IMG/VR virus record: IMGVR_UViG_3300046009_004608
Location: 1 to 53,987 of that record
DNA: 53,987 nucleotides
Direction: 5' to 3' (one strand)
Source of the DNA: a virus
Lineage: Duplodnaviria > Caudoviricetes
Every line of letters starts with the position of its first letter. Position 1 is the stretch's first letter. The translations under genes were made by a program, and so were the position numbers. The notes beneath the pieces were generated by a model. That model did no database searches. It saw nothing but the letters and a program-made list of their open reading frames with translations, and was not told the DNA's origin. Below are positions 44,164 through 52,551 of this stretch, piece by piece.

Positions 44164-46965
44164 ATGGCTACACCAGAGCAATTAGCACAGTTTCAAAATT
44201 TGGTGCAAAGCGGTGATTTTGCTAAAGCGGCTACGCTTGCACAGGGTCAGGGATTTGGCGCTCAAGATGTGACCAATTACATCAATACTAATCCTGCCTT
44301 ATTTGGGTTTCCTAGCGAAGTTCCGTTAAGTGCGGTTCAGCCATTTTTTACGACAGGAACAACTGGTGCGCCAGCCACGACTGCAACTACAACAACTACG
44401 CCAACGAAACCGACAACCCCAACGACTCCAACGACCCCAACAACACCGTCAACCACAACCCCGGTAACAACGGTCACTACGCCCACAACGACCCCGACTC
44501 AGACCGGGGGTAGTTTTACTCAAGGTGCGCCGCTTCCGAACATTACGACCACCCAGACGCAGGCAACCTCTGCCCCGTCTTGGTACATGGATTACTTGTC
44601 CGGGCTTGCCCAAAAGAGCGCTCAGGCCGCTCAAGGGGCTCAATATGTCGGTGCATCCCCGCTTCAACAGCGGGCTTTTGATCTGACCGGTCAAGCGGCT
44701 GGCCAATATGCTCCGATGCTCCAAAAGGGTGCGGGGTTTGCTGAGACCGCCGGTGGTGCTAAGGCTTATCAAGACATCGATAAGTACATGAACCCCTATG
44801 TTCAGGATGTGGTTAAACGCATCGGGGAACTAGGGCAACGTCAAATTGAGCAAAATATCGCCCCCGGTGTTACTTCCGGTCTTGTCGGGGCTGGTCAGTT
44901 TGGCTCCAAAAGGGGCGCAGAAGCTCTTGGACAGACTCTCAGGGACGTCCAGCAAAACATCCTAGGTCAGCAGTCCCAAGCCCTACAGTCGGGCTATACG
45001 CAAGCCTTAGCGGCCGCACAAGGGGATCTATCCCGTCAGTTGACCGCTGGCCAGCAGTTAGGCGCCCTTGCCCAAGCCGGTCAGGGCATGAATGTCGCTG
45101 ATATCAATGCCCTTGCAACCCTCGGTGCGCAGCAACAAGCCATCCAGCAAAATAAGGAACTCTTTCCTCTACAGCAGCTGGCTAATCAGGCGGCAGTCAT
45201 GCGTGGCTACGCAGTCCCGACCAGTGTTTCAACCCAATACACCGGACCGATTCCGGGAGCATATGCGGCTTCCCCGCTTCAGCAGATCGCTGGTATTGCT
45301 GCCCTTCTTGGTGGAATGAGTAATACCAAATTGGGTACAACCGCAGGCAACGCAATAAGCAAAGCCCTAAGCAGCATATTTAGTAGCGGCTCTAGCGGCA
45401 CAAGCGGCGGAAATATGACCGATTTAGATTGGTTAAATTGGGCAAAATCCGGATCTTCTGGAACACCGGGGGTGCCGTTTTCGTTAGAAGACCTAGCGAA
45501 TATGCCAGTAAAAGACGGTGGCTCCATAAAAAAGTATCGTCACGGCGGTGATGTGCGCGGATACGCCACCGCTGGTTCGGTAAGCCCGCCCCCTATCCCG
45601 GGGGGTCTATCCGTAGACTCAAAAGCCCGCGAAGATTATTTCGCTGAACTAAACAAGTTACTTGAGGCAATTGAGGAACGGGGTGAAGGCGGCCCAAACC
45701 TGTTTCAGGTAGCTGGAGCCTTACTTGATCCCGGTCGAACCGGTGGAGCCGGAGAGGCTTTAGGTCGGGCATCTGCCGTAATGGGCGAGAAGATTGAAAG
45801 AGAGCGGGAGAGAATGTTGCCGCTTGCTCAAGCTAGAGCCAGCATTGCAGGTCAGAAATTCCAAATTGAAAACGAAGCACGGGCTCTTGAGTTGGTTGCC
45901 AAAACTTTGGGAACGACTCCAGAAGTCATTGGTAATCAAATTTCCGACGGCACGGTTCCGACCGATATGCTTTCAAGAATGACTCCGGGGTTATTTCTGA
46001 CGGTCAATAAACTTGATCCGAAACTTGGTTCTGCCTTGAAGTCCATGTTTGATATGGATGTTGAGCGCAAGAAACTTGTTCAGGCCGATGTCACCGCCGG
46101 AATGAATTACGCTGAAGGAATTGCTAAGTACGGTTCAGACTTTGCAAAACTTCTGCCAAGAGGAATTAGGGTTCCGGGTATGCCAGAGCCGGTAACGGCT
46201 GGGGCTACAAGCTCGCCACAGCCTCCGAGACCTGCTGTTCCAACTTCTGCCGCCCCGGCGAAGGCTCCTCCAGAGGCTACGTCAGATTTAGAGGGAATGC
46301 CTCTAGCCGCCCGAGCTGATGTGTTGCGTGACCGTGCCAAGACAAGGGAAGAAGAAACTAAGCCCATGCGGGCAGACATCATGCAGTGGACGCCCCAAGC
46401 GATCAGTTTGGCTAATAACCGTTTAGATGAGCTGATTGACATCTCTAATGATCCCGAGGGAGCTAGAGTTTTTGGTCTGATGCAAAAGCAAGGTATTTTG
46501 CCTGCCATGGCCGCTGCAGCTCAAGAAGCCGTAAGGGTTGGACAAACCACAGTGACGTTCCCTGTTCAGCAGTTTTTAGAAAAACTAAATCTAACCCCGC
46601 CGCAACAGAGAATTTTGCGTAGAGCATCTCAGTTGTTGACTGAAGAGTTTTTTGAAAGCGCTAAACTTACTCGATCCGTATTGGGACCGCAGATGTCTAA
46701 TGCCGATACGATCATCCAGCAGCGCCCCATGGCAACCATTGAGGATGCCGCATCAACGGTTGATTACTGGGCCAAACAGCGCAAACTTCTAAACTATCAG
46801 CGTAGAGATATGTTTGGAGCGCTGGATAGATGGGATCGTCGAGTTGGTGTACAGGCCCCGGCAAGCCAATTCTTCACTTCACGCGAGTATCAAGAGATCG
46901 TTAATAAGTACGACGACCTGCAGAAACAGTTCCGTCAGAAGTATCCCGGCTTTGGAGCACGATAA
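44164..46965 (+). CDS. Probable DNA-ejection (pilot) protein, 933 aa
   Basis: YMNPYVQDVV...GQFGSKRG and Q/A/G-rich helices; Thr/Pro linker; VKDGG and YRHGG motifs midway. Confidence 0.7.
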   Translation: MATPEQLAQFQNLVQSGDFAKAATLAQGQGFGAQDVTNYINTNPALFGFPSEVPLSAVQPFFTTGTTGAPATTATTTTTPTKPTTPTTPTTPTTPSTTTPVTTVTTPTTTPTQTGGSFTQGAPLPNITTTQTQATSAPSWYMDYLSGLAQKSAQAAQGAQYVGASPLQQRAFDLTGQAAGQYAPMLQKGAGFAETAGGAKAYQDIDKYMNPYVQDVVKRIGELGQRQIEQNIAPGVTSGLVGAGQFGSKRGAEALGQTLRDVQQNILGQQSQALQSGYTQALAAAQGDLSRQLTAGQQLGALAQAGQGMNVADINALATLGAQQQAIQQNKELFPLQQLANQAAVMRGYAVPTSVSTQYTGPIPGAYAASPLQQIAGIAALLGGMSNTKLGTTAGNAISKALSSIFSSGSSGTSGGNMTDLDWLNWAKSGSSGTPGVPFSLEDLANMPVKDGGSIKKYRHGGDVRGYATAGSVSPPPIPGGLSVDSKAREDYFAELNKLLEAIEERGEGGPNLFQVAGALLDPGRTGGAGEALGRASAVMGEKIERERERMLPLAQARASIAGQKFQIENEARALELVAKTLGTTPEVIGNQISDGTVPTDMLSRMTPGLFLTVNKLDPKLGSALKSMFDMDVERKKLVQADVTAGMNYAEGIAKYGSDFAKLLPRGIRVPGMPEPVTAGATSSPQPPRPAVPTSAAPAKAPPEATSDLEGMPLAARADVLRDRAKTREEETKPMRADIMQWTPQAISLANNRLDELIDISNDPEGARVFGLMQKQGILPAMAAAAQEAVRVGQTTVTFPVQQFLEKLNLTPPQQRILRRASQLLTEEFFESAKLTRSVLGPQMSNADTIIQQRPMATIEDAASTVDYWAKQRKLLNYQRRDMFGALDRWDRRVGVQAPASQFFTSREYQEIVNKYDDLQKQFRQKYPGFGAR

Positions 46966-47852
46966 TGGCAAAACTTGAGGATCTTGACCCATCCCTTGCT
47001 AAAGGCCCCCGGCAACGGCAGGAGGTTGACACCTCCGCATTAGAGGCTCTCGATCCGGTATTTCGTCGCCCACCCCCAAGGTTTGAAAAGAACGAAGAAA
47101 TTTCGGTTTCAGAGCTTCCGGCGGCCTACCAGATGGTTAAAGGTGCGCTGATCGGTGAGAGCGAGCCGGACACTGGGATGTTTACCTTAGGAGGCGCTGG
47201 AACCGGAGCCATGCTAGGGGCTGCCGAGCAAAGCCGAAATATCATGCGGCTGTTCAGCAATCCTAAAGTTCAGGCCGCGGCAACAGAGGCGGTGGCAGAC
47301 AACCCAGAGCTTGCTAAGTGGCTCAAGAACTGGGCAGGTATTGAGCGTCCAGCAGATGTAGGCGGGGTTCCGTCACAGTCTCAGATCTATCAGCGTACCA
47401 AAACCCATGGCAAGGCCGGAGAAAAGTTATACAAAAAGTTTGGCACTGATCCGCTCGACATTTTGCGTCAGGCAGAAAAGGCTAAAGAAACACAAGCTGC
47501 GGCTGAAGCTGCCGCACGGTCTGCTCGTATGGCCCAATTAGGGGAAAAAGCCAGTTCGGTAAGCCGTGGGCTGGGATACATCCCCGGTCTCAGTGTGGCC
47601 GCAGGTGGCCTCGGGGGATACGACATTGCTGAGGCCATGAAACGCTATGAGTCGGGTGACACGCCCGGGGCGCTCATTCAGGGTGTCGGTGGTTTAGGCG
47701 CATTAGCATCTCTTCTGCCTCATCCCGTCCCCAGAATTCTAGGTGGGGGTTTAAGTTTAATGTCTATGCCGGCGCTTTATATGTATGAAGCAATGACCGG
47801 CAAAAGACCGCCAAGTGAGCCAGCCGCCGGCCTAGGATCAATGGCGCCGTAA
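46965..47852 (+). CDS. Probable ejection protein with Gly-rich hydrophobic C-terminus
   Basis: Last gene of the late block; GALIQGVGGLGALASLL segments. Confidence 0.65.
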   Translation: MAKLEDLDPSLAKGPRQRQEVDTSALEALDPVFRRPPPRFEKNEEISVSELPAAYQMVKGALIGESEPDTGMFTLGGAGTGAMLGAAEQSRNIMRLFSNPKVQAAATEAVADNPELAKWLKNWAGIERPADVGGVPSQSQIYQRTKTHGKAGEKLYKKFGTDPLDILRQAEKAKETQAAAEAAARSARMAQLGEKASSVSRGLGYIPGLSVAAGGLGGYDIAEAMKRYESGDTPGALIQGVGGLGALASLLPHPVPRILGGGLSLMSMPALYMYEAMTGKRPPSEPAAGLGSMAP

Positions 47853-47904
47853 TTGTCTCCTCAGGGGGATTCGTGGCCTTAACACTCCTGCCACACCCTC
47901 TTTT

Positions 47905-47928
47905 GCCCCCTACTCGGGGGCTTTTTTT
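47905..47928 (+). terminator. Intrinsic terminator ending the late operon
   Basis: GCCCCC-TACTC-GGGGGC-TTTTTTT at the convergence of + and - blocks. Confidence 0.85.
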
Positions 47929-48062
47929 GCCACATCGGCAAGTATTAGCGCCTCAAGTTTCCTAGCGAACTCAATGATGTCTACATCGTTGGCGTAAAAA
48001 CCATTCGGGTCTTTGTTTTCGCAGTAAAAGAAAATCTGCTTGATGTCTTCATTTGTCAGCAT
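47910..48062 (-). CDS. Hypothetical protein
   Basis: MLTNEDIKQIF...DIIEFARKLEA, a typical small phage protein. Confidence 0.7.
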   Translation of the reverse strand: MLTNEDIKQIFFYCENKDPNGFYANDVDIIEFARKLEALILADVAKKAPE

Positions 48063-48264
48063 TTTTAATCTTCCATAGCTCCCAGTTGATAACTGTGTTT
48101 CTGGCAATGCTCTTTTGAACCGATGCCACATAAGGGTTCAGTTCGCTTGCCAAAAACTCCTCTACAACATTTCGATGCTCTAAAAACTTTTCGTGTTTTT
48201 TGGCCTCAGCTTCAATGGTGAAGACTTTGCCATCCGAAGTTTGGAATGCCTGTATTGTTTTCAT
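48049..48264 (-). CDS. Hypothetical protein
   Basis: AFQTSDGKVF..EAEAKKHE motif; ATGA overlap. Confidence 0.75.
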   Translation of the reverse strand: MKTIQAFQTSDGKVFTIEAEAKKHEKFLEHRNVVEEFLASELNPYVASVQKSIARNTVINWELWKIKNADK

Positions 48265-49040
48265 TTGTGGTTGTTCTTCAGTTGCCAAAATTCTAAAAGG
48301 CGGATGAACATCTTCCAGCCCCGCTCTAAATCCTCTTCCGACCATTCAATGATCTTGGTTAGACCCGGAACATTCCGTGATACGAAGACATTCGCGCATC
48401 GAGCCGCTGGACATCCAAGACCCACCCGGTAGGCGGCCAACTGCATAAGGTGATCGTCAAAGCCTTCGACTTTGTCCGGATCGGTAAACTCTTTGGTCTT
48501 TATGTCTACCACCAAACCGGCGTGTTTATCTGACGCAGGTACATGGAGGTCACACTTTCCGCCGAATCCCAGCTCATGGGCAAAGGCTCTCTCCGCAATC
48601 CACTCCCAGTCATTGAAGTGTGCCGATATAGCCTTAATACATCCGTCCACATAGTTTTGGTAAGCGGCTGGGGTTTTACCCTCGTAATGCGTTTGAATGG
48701 CTGCATGGATGTCAGTGCCAACCTCGGCCGCGGCTTTGCCCTGCTCTTTTGAGTCGGCAATGATCCGGTCGATGTAAGCTGATTCGGCCTCTTGATCCCA
48801 GCGGGGAAGGGTTAGGGCGGCAAGCAAGACCTGCTGGAGCTTCCAGTTCTCAAGCCCCGGCTTGGCCATCACATTTAGGATTGTGGTGACCGACGGGACA
48901 AGACTTAGTTTTCTGGCATCCCGCAGGGTTGTAGGCCGCTCTTTTTTGTTGCTGCCGACCGTTGTGTAAGCCGGCTCTCCATCCCGGGTATACCAATGCC
49001 CAGCCTCTGATTTGAACGATGAAACAATAAGTTCCGCCAC
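48261..49040 (-). CDS. PD-(D/E)XK exonuclease (Cas4/lambda-exo-like)
   Basis: HWYTRDG, LVPSVTTIL, GTDIH, FGGKCDL, VVDIKTK, QLAAY; AGGAG RBS before GTG 49040. Confidence 0.85.
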   Translation of the reverse strand: MAELIVSSFKSEAGHWYTRDGEPAYTTVGSNKKERPTTLRDARKLSLVPSVTTILNVMAKPGLENWKLQQVLLAALTLPRWDQEAESAYIDRIIADSKEQGKAAAEVGTDIHAAIQTHYEGKTPAAYQNYVDGCIKAISAHFNDWEWIAERAFAHELGFGGKCDLHVPASDKHAGLVVDIKTKEFTDPDKVEGFDDHLMQLAAYRVGLGCPAARCANVFVSRNVPGLTKIIEWSEEDLERGWKMFIRLLEFWQLKNNHK

Positions 49041-49041
49041 T

Positions 49042-49701
49042 TCAGTCTCCTGTTTTGTCGTCGTAAGTAAATGTGGTGGTATCACCGAGTCGCCATTTGG
49101 CAAACTGCTCTACTCGGTACTTTTTGGTCGCTACCTTGAAGTCGGGATGCTTCAGTTGTTCCGGATTGAAAGCTGGTTCAAAGAAGCGGCAGCGGTTATT
49201 GGGTTGCAGGGCAAACTGGCCATTGTCCAGCTTTAAGAGGTTGTAGCTCTTATGCTCGTCGGCAGTCTCCGATAGGGTGAAGTCCGGAATCCTAGGGTCT
49301 GGGTTACAGGTGTCCAAGGTGAACATATATTCCCCCTTGTGGGTCTGGCGATCCTTGCCAAAGAACTCAGCCCGTAGCCCCTTGAGGAACGGCTTCTCCA
49401 CCACGGTAACGTAGTAGCTCAACGCATCCCAGATCTGGAGGACATCAAGCGGCAACTCATCTTCTGGCAGCTCATCTCCATCGCCTTTGGTGTCAAGGTG
49501 TCTAAAGGCGTGGATCGGTAGCTTGTCATACAAGGCGCCGTACTCAGGAAGATAAGTCTCAAACCTGAACGCCTCGCCCCGAATGGCCTTGACACTAACC
49601 CAAATCCCTTTGATCCAAGGTTGTGGATCATTTTGAAAGTCGTACAGGTATTCAGGACGAACCCAAACTTTAACCGGAGGAAGTGGGCAAACAAATGTCA
49701 C
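49042..49701 (-). CDS. Conserved hypothetical phage protein
   Basis: VRPEYLYD, GALYDKLPIHAF, LQIWD, GEYMFTLD, EHKSYN..LDNGQFALQPNNR; GAGGAG RBS. Confidence 0.85.
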   Translation of the reverse strand: MTFVCPLPPVKVWVRPEYLYDFQNDPQPWIKGIWVSVKAIRGEAFRFETYLPEYGALYDKLPIHAFRHLDTKGDGDELPEDELPLDVLQIWDALSYYVTVVEKPFLKGLRAEFFGKDRQTHKGEYMFTLDTCNPDPRIPDFTLSETADEHKSYNLLKLDNGQFALQPNNRCRFFEPAFNPEQLKHPDFKVATKKYRVEQFAKWRLGDTTTFTYDDKTGD

Positions 49702-49716
49702 TGGTTCCGCTCCTCG

Positions 49717-49884
49717 TTACCACCATCCAAACCAAATACCCGTGCCATGAACCCAAGCAACGGGAAAGAAGATTGCTCCAGCAATCAGAAAGCCCCAAGA
49801 GGCGGTTTGAAGGCAGACGGCGATATGGGTAAACCAAGATCCCACTAACCAAATAACGAATAGCGCACCCCAGATTTGATTCAT
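49717..49884 (-). CDS. 55-aa Trp-rich two-TM membrane protein (missing from ORF track)
   Basis: MNQIWGALFVIWLVGSWFTHIAVCLQTASWGFLIAGAIFFPVAWVHGTGIWFGWW*; AAAGGGGA RBS, ATGA overlap. Confidence 0.75.
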   Translation of the reverse strand: MNQIWGALFVIWLVGSWFTHIAVCLQTASWGFLIAGAIFFPVAWVHGTGIWFGWW

Positions 49885-50378
49885 ATGTTCCCCTTTGGCA
49901 TCAATAAAATTTTTGCATCCGACATATCAATGAATGCGTTATTTCTTACGATCTGGCCACCGTTTACCGTTCTTTGGGTCGTTGTATTTTCGGTCTTCAT
50001 CTTGCATACGAAATTTCCCTTGTCGTCGGTAATCTTTCGGGCAAGCAAGATCTTGTCTGTAACCAAATACAAAAATCCAATGAGCGGCACTCCGAGGCCA
50101 GTCGCAACACTTCTAGAATTTAAAATCTTGTCGTAAGTCACAAGCCACTCGTTATTGCGCTGAGTTGAAAAGGTCTCCAAATCCATGTCGTATCGACACT
50201 TAGTTTCTACGCAATACATGATGACCTTATCCTTGACGAGCATGGCATCGACCAAAGCGGGCTGATCCTTCGGGGTTTGAACATATTGATACGCCGGGAA
50301 GTTTCTTTCCCAAATAAGCGCAGCGTCTTGTTCGTCCCGAAGGGTTTGCTGCCCACGTTCAGTCTTTATGTCCATCAA
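49881..50378 (-). CDS. Restriction-endonuclease-fold (PD-(D/E)XK) protein
   Basis: VDAMLV...CVETKCR motif. Confidence 0.65.
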   Translation of the reverse strand: MMDIKTERGQQTLRDEQDAALIWERNFPAYQYVQTPKDQPALVDAMLVKDKVIMYCVETKCRYDMDLETFSTQRNNEWLVTYDKILNSRSVATGLGVPLIGFLYLVTDKILLARKITDDKGNFVCKMKTENTTTQRTVNGGQIVRNNAFIDMSDAKILLMPKGNI

Positions 50379-51022
50379 AAAGGAATATTGTCATCGAGCT
50401 TTGCAATGTTATTCATTGCTGACGGAATGCCTTCCGTAACGCCACCGGAACGCTCTTGCCACTCTGGTGAGGCCATAATTTTGTTTTTAATACCGTCACT
50501 GAAAGTCTGAAATAACTCCATGTCTGGGGTTTCAATGGAAAAGATTACAGGCTCGTTGAATCCAGCCGGTAGCCCAGCTTTTTTGATGTTGGCCGGCACC
50601 GGCATGACCGCCCCGATGTTGGTGTATTCCTTGCCGTCTTTACCGGGTGACCGGGTCACGGTGATCATGGCCCACTTATCAAGGATGTTTTTAAGTTCAA
50701 ACCCCTTGAGTTCCTCAGGCGTAAAGTCCCGGCCCCGCCAATTTTTAAGATCCACACGAAGCGTGGCTTTTTCAGATAGCGATGCCGTGTAGTTCTTGCT
50801 GATCGACATCGGCTCACCCTTAGGGGTCACCAAGGGGTTACCTTGATCATCCTCACCGTGAACCTCAAACTGAATCATGACCTTAGGTACATACTTGGTT
50901 TGACCCATGTACTCAGACTTCTGAGTTCCGAGATCGATAATTCGATAGCAACGGGCCAAGTGCATCCCCGGGGGTACGGGGGCGAAACTGCTTTCATTAC
51001 CGGCTTTGACTGTTAGACTCAT
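50375..51022 (-). CDS. Phage ssDNA-binding protein (OB fold, acidic IPF tail)
   Basis: FAPVPPGMHLARCYRIIDLGTQ...SLSEKATLR..L..WRGR; C-terminus DDNIPF. Confidence 0.8.
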   Translation of the reverse strand: MSLTVKAGNESSFAPVPPGMHLARCYRIIDLGTQKSEYMGQTKYVPKVMIQFEVHGEDDQGNPLVTPKGEPMSISKNYTASLSEKATLRVDLKNWRGRDFTPEELKGFELKNILDKWAMITVTRSPGKDGKEYTNIGAVMPVPANIKKAGLPAGFNEPVIFSIETPDMELFQTFSDGIKNKIMASPEWQERSGGVTEGIPSAMNNIAKLDDNIPF

Positions 51023-51180
51023 TTTTCGCTTTCCTTTTGTTTAGAAAGACCGCAGGCGGCCCAAATCAGCTTCCAGTCGTCCTGACTGGCCTGACCTGCC
51101 TCTGCCCTATGCAGGGCGTCCTCGGTCTCTTGCATTAGCTCTAAATTCGCTTGTTCCCACATCGCTCTGTCGTCTTCCAT
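51019..51180 (-). CDS. 53-aa hypothetical protein (missing from ORF track)
   Basis: MEDDRAMWEQANLELMQETEDAL...DWKLIWAACGLSKQKESEK*; ATGA overlap with the SSB gene. Confidence 0.7.
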   Translation of the reverse strand: MEDDRAMWEQANLELMQETEDALHRAEAGQASQDDWKLIWAACGLSKQKESEK

Positions 51181-51209
51181 GGTTCGCTTTCGGTGTTTAA
51201 GGAGCCTAA

Positions 51210-51238
51210 AGCATAAAGTATCTAACTAGGAAATACAA
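51210..51238 (-). promoter_or_regulatory. Leftward sigma70 promoter with operator (51221-51237)
   Basis: Minus strand TTGTAT-17nt-TATGCT; operator TCTAACTAGGAAATACA. Confidence 0.65.
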
Positions 51239-51243
51239 GCCTC

Positions 51244-51280
51244 TTGCAATGGCTGAAAAAGAGTGTAACATCCAGTTATC
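51244..51280 (+). promoter_or_regulatory. Rightward promoter with operator (51264-51280)
   Basis: TTGCAA-16nt-TAACAT; operator TGTAACATCCAGTTATC. Confidence 0.55.
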
Positions 51281-51296
51281 GTCTGAAAGGAATGAG

Positions 51297-51506
51297 ATGA
51301 CTTTAAAAGAGTATTTTTCAACTAAACCCTATGGCTCGAAAGCCAAGCTGGCTAAGGCGTTGGGGATCAGTAGGACATGGCTTGGGCAGATCACAAACGG
51401 GTTCAAAGTACCCAGTCCAGAGCTGTCCTTAGAGATCGAGCGGATTACGGAGGGATGTGTAAAGCGGGTAGACCTTCGCCCAGACCTATTCGGGGAGGTC
51501 AAGTGA
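51297..51506 (+). CDS. Cro/YdaS-like HTH regulator
   Basis: KAKLAKALGISRTWLGQI..G..VPSPE....IE..T.G.V....LRPDLFG. Confidence 0.88.
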   Translation: MTLKEYFSTKPYGSKAKLAKALGISRTWLGQITNGFKVPSPELSLEIERITEGCVKRVDLRPDLFGEVK

Positions 51507-52207
51507 ACTACTACAAATTTCATATTGGAGACTACCTGACCCGGACCATGCACCTAGCGGATGCCGAGGACTTGGCCTACAGGCGGCTTTTAGACCTTTA
51601 CTACATCACTGAGAAGCCCCTGACCTTGGATATGGGTGCGCTTGCCAAGAGGGTACGGCTTGATTTGGAAGTCATCGAGCCGGTGCTAAATGAGTTCTTT
51701 GAACGGACGGTTAACGGATGGTTTAACGAGCGTTGCGAAAACGAAATAAAAAAGTATCAAAAATTCGTTAAACAAAACGTTGAAAACGCCAAAAAAAGCG
51801 TGTCTGTCAGGAAAAAGAAAGCCTCCAAGAGCCGCGCCAGTAAAGGCTCTGAACCGGCGGTTAACCAGCCGTCAACCGGCGGCGAGCCGATGGGGGGCAT
51901 AACCAATAACCAAGAACCAATAAAAGAAACCCCTATATCCCCTTTCGATGAGTTTTGGTCGATTTGGCCTACCGGACCTCGAAAGATCAACAAAACCGGT
52001 TGCCGGGACAAGTGGCTGGCTCATGGGCTAAACGATGTTGCCAAACAGATCCTGACCCATGTCCGGGCGATGAAGCAGACCCAGCAGTGGAAGGAGGGGT
52101 TTGTGCCTGCTCCGATGACCTACATCAACCAGTCCCGGTGGCTTGATGGCGACCCTAACGGGGACAGTCCAAATGAGGGAGTTTTTGCTGGGAGGAAGGT
52201 CGTATGA
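51503..52207 (+). CDS. DUF1376 (YdaU-like) replication initiator
   Basis: GGAGG RBS, GTG start; NYYKFHIGDY...HL...EDLAYRRLLDLYY.TEKPL; C-terminal FDEFWSIWP...PAPMTYINQSRW; internal iterons. Confidence 0.85.
   Translation: MNYYKFHIGDYLTRTMHLADAEDLAYRRLLDLYYITEKPLTLDMGALAKRVRLDLEVIEPVLNEFFERTVNGWFNERCENEIKKYQKFVKQNVENAKKSVSVRKKKASKSRASKGSEPAVNQPSTGGEPMGGITNNQEPIKETPISPFDEFWSIWPTGPRKINKTGCRDKWLAHGLNDVAKQILTHVRAMKQTQQWKEGFVPAPMTYINQSRWLDGDPNGDSPNEGVFAGRKVV
51852..51895. repeat. Iteron array, probable replication origin
   Basis: AACCGGCGGTT/AACCAGCCGTC/AACCGGCGGCG/AGCCGATGGGG followed by A-rich AACCAATAACCAAGAACCAATAAAAG, in the linker of the initiator gene as in lambdoid origins. Confidence 0.7.
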
Positions 52208-52551
52208 CCGGAGATGTGCCTCTCAGACGCATGAGGATGAACCGTAAGGCTCCCAAAGCGGTGTGGGTATGGGTAGGTATCAACCCATCATCTATAGCCT
52301 CGCTATGGCCTGAAATTCCTGAGTTCTGGAATCACCCCGAGGTGGACATTTTGCCCTCGGACCGAATCGATCTTTTGGACCTTCGGTTTGCGGTCGGGTT
52401 ACAGGTTCACATCGATGGCAACGATACCCGGGATCGGATTCTGTCTGCCCACCGAGCTTTCAGTCTTGCCGGGGCCAAGTCGGTTTTCACCCTGATCGAG
52501 GGAAATCTTATCTACAACGAGGGAGTAAAAGTTGAACATCCTGCAGTCTGA
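52204..52551 (+). CDS. Hypothetical protein
   Basis: ATGA overlap; LDLRFAVGLQVHI motif. Confidence 0.75.
   Translation: MTGDVPLRRMRMNRKAPKAVWVWVGINPSSIASLWPEIPEFWNHPEVDILPSDRIDLLDLRFAVGLQVHIDGNDTRDRILSAHRAFSLAGAKSVFTLIEGNLIYNEGVKVEHPAV

Noticed and set aside
5996-46508. Numerous minus-strand and alternate-frame ORFs inside late genes
   Set aside because: They overlap well-supported + strand genes, lack recognisable motifs, and are expected in DNA of this GC content.
42404-46965. Tape measure protein (siphovirus)
   Set aside because: No tail tube, terminator, assembly-chaperone frameshift or baseplate genes; context after adaptor and nozzle genes fits podovirus ejection proteins.
47905-47928. 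Bidirectional terminator
   Set aside because: A U-tract exists only for the + strand; the other side of the hairpin reads TTTT on +, giving A's on the minus transcript.
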